Source of the DNA: Adineta vaga
Lineage: Eukaryota; Animalia; Rotifera
Direction: 5' to 3'
Assembly (NCBI GenBank): GCA_021613535.1
Contig: CP075493.1
Location: 9,114,001 to 9,178,000 of the forward strand
DNA: 64,000 bases
Positions 56,338 through 64,000 of this stretch are shown here, in pieces; the first letter of the stretch is position 1; every line of letters begins with the position of its first letter. Position numbers and translations under genes: made by a program. The notes beneath the pieces are model-generated. The model was not told the DNA's origin. It saw nothing but the letters and a program-made list of their open reading frames with translations, and searched no databases.

Positions 56338-57812
56338 ACATAATAATCATCATAACTAGATAGCATCATACAAACCATAACTTTGTCTCAAGTCATCCAC
56401 ATTGAAAGGTACTATGGATTGAATGCAATGAAACTGACATGAAAGTTGCTAAAAGAGTCTCAATAGTAATTACAATCATTAGTTGTCAAAACGGAAATAC
56501 ATTTCAAAAGAATGCATGATTAATAAGATAATTCTAATGAAAATTTAGAGAAATAGAACTGCGCATAATTCACCATGAATGTTACTTATTACCTAGAATC
56601 TCATATGGAAATATTTTTATTACGAATGTTGGTGAGATTTTACTTTAATAAGTGTATGATCTGAGAAAAAGCAGTTGATGTTCTTTCAAACTTATATAGA
56701 AAAGACCGTTGTTTTTAGAAGAAAAATGTCATCTTTTACTTTATAATTGTATTGATTACAATCGATGTCCTGTTTCGTTTACTCAATATATCTGCTTTAT
56801 TTGTATTACTTATATGCCATTTATTGGTTTCATTTACTATTTTCGACCTAGGGATAACTTTTTGATATTAAGATCTCAATATTTCTCTAGAATACTATAA
56901 TCATATGGAAATTTAAAGTTCATATTTTGTAGATGAAAAATATGGATTGTTTAGGAAATATTTTAAATAAATACTTCATAAATTAGGTCATATATTAATC
57001 ATATTTTTTCACACAAGAAAAGAATAGAAGTAATTTTATTTTTATTTTTATGAAAAACTAATGTCGAAAATTCGAATAATAAATATTATTCTCATATAGA
57101 TCAAGTAGATCGTGACATCGAACAGTAGTAGTTCATCTATATTTAATGAAATAAAAAAGAAACGATATCGTAGAGAACAAACATATCAAAATACTTTTAC
57201 ACAGAATTACATAAAAAATTAGCTGCTCTGAAAGGAATCTGTGGAGATTTTTCGGATGAAAGGATGCTATTCTATTAAGTTTTCTTGCGTAGTTCAGATA
57301 GAATAATCAATGGAGACAATCATTCATTCCTACCTCATCATCAGTTAATCCACATATACACACTTTCTTTTATTAAACATATGAGTCGATAATAAACAAT
57401 TATTTTATGCTTAATGAATAACCTATCTAATAGTTTTTTCATAATGTTCAAGATCTGATTGTTTAAAGACGTTTCTGGATTGTTTTTAATATCTATCTCG
57501 AATATTTCTTCAATAATTACATTTTGATTTGTTGATAACGATCAATGCTTTAGGACATTGTTTATAATTAACCTTCATAGTGAAAAATTAAAAGAAGTTA
57601 TCGAGTATAAATTTAATATGATTACACCTTTCAACTGCTTCACATTTTCTCTCTTTGACACGCCTTTTCTTATGCATGAAAATAGAACCAAAAGTTTTCT
57701 TTTAACATATTAAGTAATATTTTCTAAAACAACCCGACAAATTTTACATATTCAATCCGAAGAAAAAGAGAAAAACAACTGCAAAAATGTTAGCACAATC
57801 GATTTGCATAAC

Positions 57813-60273
57813 TTAAACTTTCTCAGCATTAGTAATAATATTTCGTAGTTTTGTTCCATTATTCATTTGTTTTGTTTGATTAACCGAATGAAATGTTAAA
57901 CAACCAGCATGTAAAATAACTAAAACATCATTTGTTAAAAATGCCACTGTCCATGCTAGAAAAGACGAGAAATGAATGATTCGTTTTCTTTATTCAATCT
58001 CTTACGCCATGGTCGATATTGTACTGATTTCTTTTCGCCTTCTGGTCCAATAGCCCAAATCTTTTTATTCCCACCATCGGTAACGATTACTCCATGACTT
58101 ATTGGATCGATTATTAATCGATTCATATTATCGACATTTAATTCATAGAGATCAATACGACGAATAAGTTGACCTATTCATCAAAATGAACAAAGGACAT
58201 CATCTTTTGAAGTATTGAGAGAATATGAAAACGAAAAGAAAAAAAAAGGAATGAACTAATCCTTACCATTCTTTTGTCTTTTTTCAACGAAATATCTTCC
58301 CGGTTCACGTTCACGTCGTTTACCTAATATATAACATGATTGCATATCAACAGCTAAACTTCTGATTTCAACTCCAACTTCAAAATGCATTTGTAATTGT
58401 AATTCATGATCATAGACGGAAATTTTTGATTTATTACAACCTTTTTCTGACCCATAGAAAATTAATTTTTCATCTGATGATACACGTTGACAATTTAGAC
58501 CACGTTCAACAATACGTTCACGTTCAAGTTGTTTCCGTGTTAAATTACATAGATATAATTTACATTCTAATGGTTTTGATGCACCTTGTTTATGTTCACC
58601 AACAATAATTATACTATCATCATGATAAATACATAAATCTTTGATTTCTCCATCAGACCATTGAATTCTCTAAAGAAAGGAAAACAGAAGATAATAATAC
58701 GGTGTTTTTCTCACTTACTTCATTCTCACTTCCATTAGCATCGAATATAATTAATGAACTTTTATCTTTATTATAAAGTAAAATTAAATCATTATTTGTT
58801 ACAGCTAATATTCCCCAATCATAACTTTGTGCTAAAGGAATTTTCTTATGAAATTCATTATTACAAGTATCTAGTTTGGAATGAAATGTTGTTGATAAAC
58901 GATTTAATGTGGATGAAAGTTTAGCACTATTTAATGATAATGAAAGATCAGCAATTGAATTTGACATGGTTTTTGACATGATGGTATTGCATGATGGTGT
59001 CTGAGAACGTTGTTGATTGGCAGTAACTCGTGGAGAAGATGCTTGATGAATTGTATTGCCATTTGATACATGAATTGAATGATGTTGATTTTGAGCAAGT
59101 ATATTCAGTGATTTATAATGGTTTCCTTTACTATTCACATGTTTTTTTATTCCTCGACCATTTGCAGGTGTTGATGTTTTAACGGGTTCATTATTTGATG
59201 AAGACGATGTTGAACTAGTTGAATCTAGAAGCAAAACAGAAAGATGTATATGAAGACAAACGAATGTTTTCTTTTTTTTTACCATCAAGATGTTGTATTC
59301 TTATTGAACCGGACAATGTTGATAGATGATTTTTTCCATTACCTAATATTAATTCATCTGTTTGTGATGGTGAATCTACTTGATTAATTCGTTTTTTCTT
59401 TTGTTGAATATCTTCACTATCAATTTCGAAAATTTTCATATTCGGTATATGTTCATGAAAGAAATCATTTGCATCACGGATATCTTCTTGTAAATGATTT
59501 AATTTTATTTGTAATTGTTTAAATTGTTCAATTGTTGACCAATCAGTAATCGTTGTTCGTAAACCTTGTATTGTTTTTGAGATTTGTTCACAACGTTCTT
59601 TATATTCTTTGATAATTAATTCTAAATCATTATTCCATGCTAATGTTTGTCTTTCAACAATTTCTTCATTAGTTAATTGTGCACGACGTATTTCATCAAT
59701 TAAATGTGTGTAATAATTTTGTATCACATCAAGTGATTTTTGACGAACTTCATTAAGTTTCCCACGTGCATGATCAATATTATCATTCATATTTAAATAG
59801 TCTTGTTCTAATGTATTGATATTATTAGTTAAACTCGTTAATGTTTCACGTCGATGTTGATTTGCACATTCAAAACAAACAAATGAACAACAATGTGAAC
59901 ATTTGACAAATGATGGTGATTGATTACAAACTTGACATTGACCAGTAGCTTCCACATGAAAATTACAAGATTTTATTAAATCAAGTACAGTTTGATTCAA
60001 TGGTAAATCAGTTATATGAGCAATTGTTGAACAGATTTCTTTTCGACAATTTTTAACTGGACAAAAATGTAGATATTTACCTTTCCATTCATTTTCTAAA
60101 CAAGTTCCACCTAGAAAACATATACGATCAATTGTATTGATTCAAACAAAAGAAAAACAATTACAAATTGTATGGCCACAGTTGGGCAAAACTCGTGGTT
60201 CGACATAACGTTGCAAACATGATGGACAATTTACTAATGTCTCAAGAAGATGATGAGGTATTGCTGCTGCCAT
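57813..60273 (-). CDS. TRIM-like protein: RING + B-box-like + coiled coil + C-terminal beta-propeller (NHL-like), multi-exon
   Basis: MAAAIPHHLLETLVNCPSCLQRYVEPRVLPNCGHTICGTC..FCPVKNC (RING); CQVC..CSHCCSFVCFECANQH (B-box-like); long heptad region; short beta-strand repeats (DWGILAVT, LAVD, RPWTVAF). Confidence 0.8.
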
Positions 60274-62132
60274 ATATATATATATATACTGAAAGAAAAT
60301 AAAACAAAACTTCGATTACTGTATATATATATACATATAATAAGTGGGAGGTGAAGTGCTTGCCATTCTTCTTACCTATGAGAAAGAAAAAGTAATAGTG
60401 CTCAAAGGTATAAAATAACCATTTCTCTTCTATCTCAACGGTTCATCTCTTTCTCTCTCTCTCTCTTATATATTATAATTTTCATCGGTGTGAATATTTG
60501 TTCAAACAAAGGCAAGCGAAAGAGAGAGAGAGAGAAATATACGATGAGAACGAAAAAGAAAATTTTTTTATATACATGAATGTCATTATTCTTGATGACA
60601 GGATATCCGTTTCTTTCTTCTTTTCATCACATTTATACGTCGTAATCACTTGTTCGAACTCGAGTCACGCTTGATTTAACGATAGGGAAATGAGATGCGA
60701 GAAGAAGTAGGTGATAAACATAAATGGATTTATATTGTATTTGTATATATACTTTGCATGACAGATGTGAATCTTTCTTATCCATATATATGTTTAATGA
60801 GTATGTTCACAACGTGACACTAACATTGAAGTCATACTAACGAACAAAGAATAGTTCATTTGTCGGTATTGCCAATTTGCAATGTACAAAGACAATCAAA
60901 TGTTGATATTGATGTTTTTCTTTTTTAATAAAACAAAACCATATTCTTAACAAAGCTTGTCATCAATTGTATTTGTATGGATTTGAAGTGTGAATATGTC
61001 TCAATTATCTTTGATCAAACCGCAAAGAAGATATGTCATTTTTTTCTGACTTTCAGAATACTCTGTATCTTTATACACAGATATCTAATGATTAATTAGA
61101 TGAAATAATGATGTATGAATGTCAAGAGACAAGTAAATAATCATTGAACATTTAACTGAACGTAAAGAAAGATATTAAAGAACTCGAGACGTGTCAAATA
61201 TAAAAGTGTAGACAAACATACTCACGAAAACTTAAAGTATTCTTTTTCAATCGAATGAATAGAGATGTATAATTGTCACAATTGACATTAAAGTTATTTT
61301 TGCAATTCTATATCGAGAATAAAGGTGTATGATAGACTATTGAATGTATTAGTCAAAAATAATTATTTGATTGTGAAAAAAGAGGCAAATATCGTATACA
61401 TGTAATTTTCGAAAAACCTGTTGATAATGTTTTTGAGACATAAAAAGAACTATAAGACGATTTCTTCTATATAATGAATTTTATTCGAATGCAAAGCAGT
61501 AGGAATTAATTTTTCAAAAGAAAAGATTCTTAACACCTTCTGATCATAAATGTATGCTTTATTAAACATGAGACAATTCATTGATAGAATTATTTATTAT
61601 ATGTATCTAATTCATGCATATATTGAATGATGAATAAAAATATGTCTAGCAAACAGCAGTAGTTGACACCTTTTCAAAGTTCATACATTCTCTCTCTCTC
61701 TCTGTCTCTATTCTTACGAGCCTATGAGAAAAAGATTGTCATCGATAATGTTGAATTTTATCATCGAATACGTATGACAGGTCATTTAAATCAATTATTT
61801 TTGACACAATATGATGGTAAAATTTTGTCTTTAGTTAACCTCAGCAGATGGTTTCTATTTCTAAGAAATCAATAAGATATAAGTTAGATCTATTCAGAAT
61901 TGCTTCTAATGAGAAGGAAGGTGTTATTTTCAGTTATGAAATCTTAAGTAAAAGATGAGAAGAAACTACTCAATATTCAGATGACTTTCTTACATGTTCT
62001 AATCACATTGCTAGCGTCAAGATGTTCAAATGAATAGTTTTTATTTCGACAATACATGAAAACGAATTTTTTTGTATTAGAAAAATATGACAAGTTCATC
62101 GATGATCACATATCATGGAAGTATTTTAATCA

Positions 62133-62864
62133 TTATTGTGGACCTAGAAACACAAAGTTTAAACTCTTGAGATGGTGAAAGAGCGAGGAAAATAATGAAA
62201 CTCACCACTGCTTAAGTCAGTGACTCGTAAATTAGCTAAATACTGTCTAGTTTCTATTGACTTTTGTGCTGATTTGAAGCCTCGACAATCTGGATCATAG
62301 CATTTTTGGTAGTAAACATTTTTAATCGGATCAACAAGTAAATAGACTCGATTTTTCTTATGATTTCGTCGAACATTTTCACAATATCGATAATTTCCTG
62401 TGATTTCCACTCTATACAATCCATGTCATTAGGTGGATGAACTTTTCGAATTTGACCACCATGTTCTGCCAGCATATTCGTTAAAAAGCGTTCAATATAT
62501 GCATGTTCTCGAGGCATATGTTGATTTGCATCCACGTTTTCATTTGCTGTATGGAATTCTACATCACTATTACAAAGATCATTGCAAGCCTTTTCAGCAG
62601 CTGATTGTTCTGCTGCTTTTTTTGATGGAAAATTATCGTTTCCGATGTACCAACGTCCATTTATTTCAACTTCAGCCTAAATGATTTGTGTTTCACTCAT
62701 GACGAGAAGGATAGATATAATTCAAGTGTTAAACGTACCTGAAAAGATAGTTGACATAAAGCATTTGATTGTTGTTTAAATCGATAATTAGGCATTGGAA
62801 GTTGGTTTTTTTGACAATGTTCTTGTAAACGGTTTTTCCAAGATATTTCAATTCCCATTGCCAT
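62133..62864 (-). CDS. dsRNA-binding domain fused to a PrimPol/UL52-type zinc finger; one frameshift near 62424 (possible pseudogene)
   Basis: Exon 62864-62739 MAMGIEISWKNRLQEHCQKNQLPMPNY..F plus exon from 62676 AEVEINGRWYIG..SKKAAEQSAAEKAC form a dsRBD. Then IERFLTNML..GGQIRKV and, in a shifted frame, YRYCENVRRNHKKNRVYLLVDPIKNVYYQKCYDPDC (C-x6-H-x19-C-x4-C). Confidence 0.78.
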
Positions 62865-63751
62865 CGTTATTCGTAACTGTTTACTTATATGTTATTTTAT
62901 ACACTTACTAGAACTCGATTGATGATATTCAGAGATGTTTCGATAATTTAGGTACGTGTGATTTCGTACGATCAGATCATTTTTTATTTTGTTATTTCGA
63001 AACTGAAGTAGAGTAAATACATAAGATACGAGCGAAAGTGGGTTTTTTTAATGAATCACAATTTATAAACACTTGTTTACTTCCACGTAATCACGTTAGT
63101 TTTCATTGAACGATTGAATATTTTACTATTTAAATGATCCAATAGACATAGTCGATAATTCTTATCTTAATCACGGTAGATATTTTACCATATTGATTGT
63201 TTAAATGAAACAAAACTATAAAATGGCATATAGTATAGAAAACAAGTGACATCTTTTTCCGTTGTTTATGGTTATAGCTTTATTATATTTATTTTTTTGT
63301 TTCTTTGTAAATTTTATTGTTATTTGCAAGAATATAACATTATACTTAATTTAAAAAGCATGACCATTTCATCTTCAAACTCGATATATCGACTATAATT
63401 TCTTTGCTTCCTCTTGCTCTGCATCCTCTCATCAATGCACTATCATAGTTATTTTCGGCTATCTTTCTTTCTCGTAATTTTCTTCGACAGTTTCCTATTC
63501 GATTACATAGAATGCAGTTCCGACTCATTCATAATCGCTAAACGAGAAAAAAGAACGCCGTAAGTCAAAATATGAATTTTCTATTTTCGTCGTAGACATG
63601 TTTTTTTTAATATATTTCACACAAGTCTTATTAGACTATCAATAACAGCGAACAAGAAAAAGTTTTTGACTAATCATTACAGTAATAATAACAACAAGAG
63701 AGACACACATATCCACATGCTATACAAAAATTAACAGAGATCATTGACGAT

Positions 63752-64000
63752 TTATAATCGTGAATTGTCATCTAAAATAGAAAAGAAGAGAGGAGAATAA
63801 ACAATTCATTCTATTCTTTTACCATCCTGAGGAGCGGCACGTTTACGACCACGAGTAGCAGTTGAAGTTCGAGGTTTAGTTCCATGTCCACCGCCTGGTT
63901 CATCATTAAGAATACGACGATAGTTTATCAATGGTTGCCAAGCATCACCATCAATCGTTGCATTATGAACAAGTTTATCCACATGATCATAACTGAAAAG
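63752..64000 (-). CDS. Probable 3' end of cohesin subunit SA/STAG (gene continues beyond window)
   Basis: Exon reads HVDKLVHNATIDGDAWQPLINYRRIL..RGRKRAA, resembling the STAG C-terminal W.PL.SYR.SL motif followed by a basic tail. Short last exon DDNSRL* at 63771-63752. Confidence 0.55.

Noticed and set aside
62412-62444. 31-33 nt GT..AG micro-intron with a ctaat branch-like site that might repair the dsRBD-ZnF frameshift
   Set aside because: Neither acceptor restores the Zn-finger frame, and it is shorter than the other introns here.
2691-62864. Co-located dsRNA/immune theme (GGNBP2, SPRY cluster, TRIM-like, dsRBD fusion, lectin receptor) as one gene cluster
   Set aside because: The genes are spread over 60 kb among unrelated housekeeping genes on both strands, with no shared motif seen.

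Overview
AT-rich, gene-dense eukaryotic (animal) DNA with many short (~50-75 nt) GT-AG introns. The intron size, intronless 7TM genes, B-box/SPRY tandem array, bacterial-looking GDSL and SAM-methyltransferase genes and two-DBD nuclear receptor fit a bdelloid rotifer (inference, not proven). In order, the window holds: HELLS/LSH (5' end off-window), GGNBP2, WNK kinase, a GDSL hydrolase with Ala at the catalytic Ser, a GPCR, a dystrobrevin/dystrotelin-like gene, a PTBP-like gene with only RRM1-2, a twice-frameshifted mucin-like membrane gene, two tandem SAM-methyltransferases (one frameshifted), a WSC/C-type-lectin-like receptor, an nAChR alpha subunit with RKK in place of GEK, a 2DBD nuclear receptor, three tandem B-box/coiled-coil/SPRY genes (one intact, two broken), FHIP1/FAM160A, a small EF-hand protein, a second GPCR, a RING/B-box/CC/beta-propeller TRIM-like gene, a dsRBD + PrimPol-type zinc-finger fusion, and the probable 3' end of cohesin STAG. 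The strongest novelty candidates are the dsRBD-PrimPol ZnF fusion and the nAChR pore change. Exon structures were assembled by eye and homologies come from recalled motifs; no searches were run. I recognised no tRNA, rRNA, CRISPR array or intact transposon.
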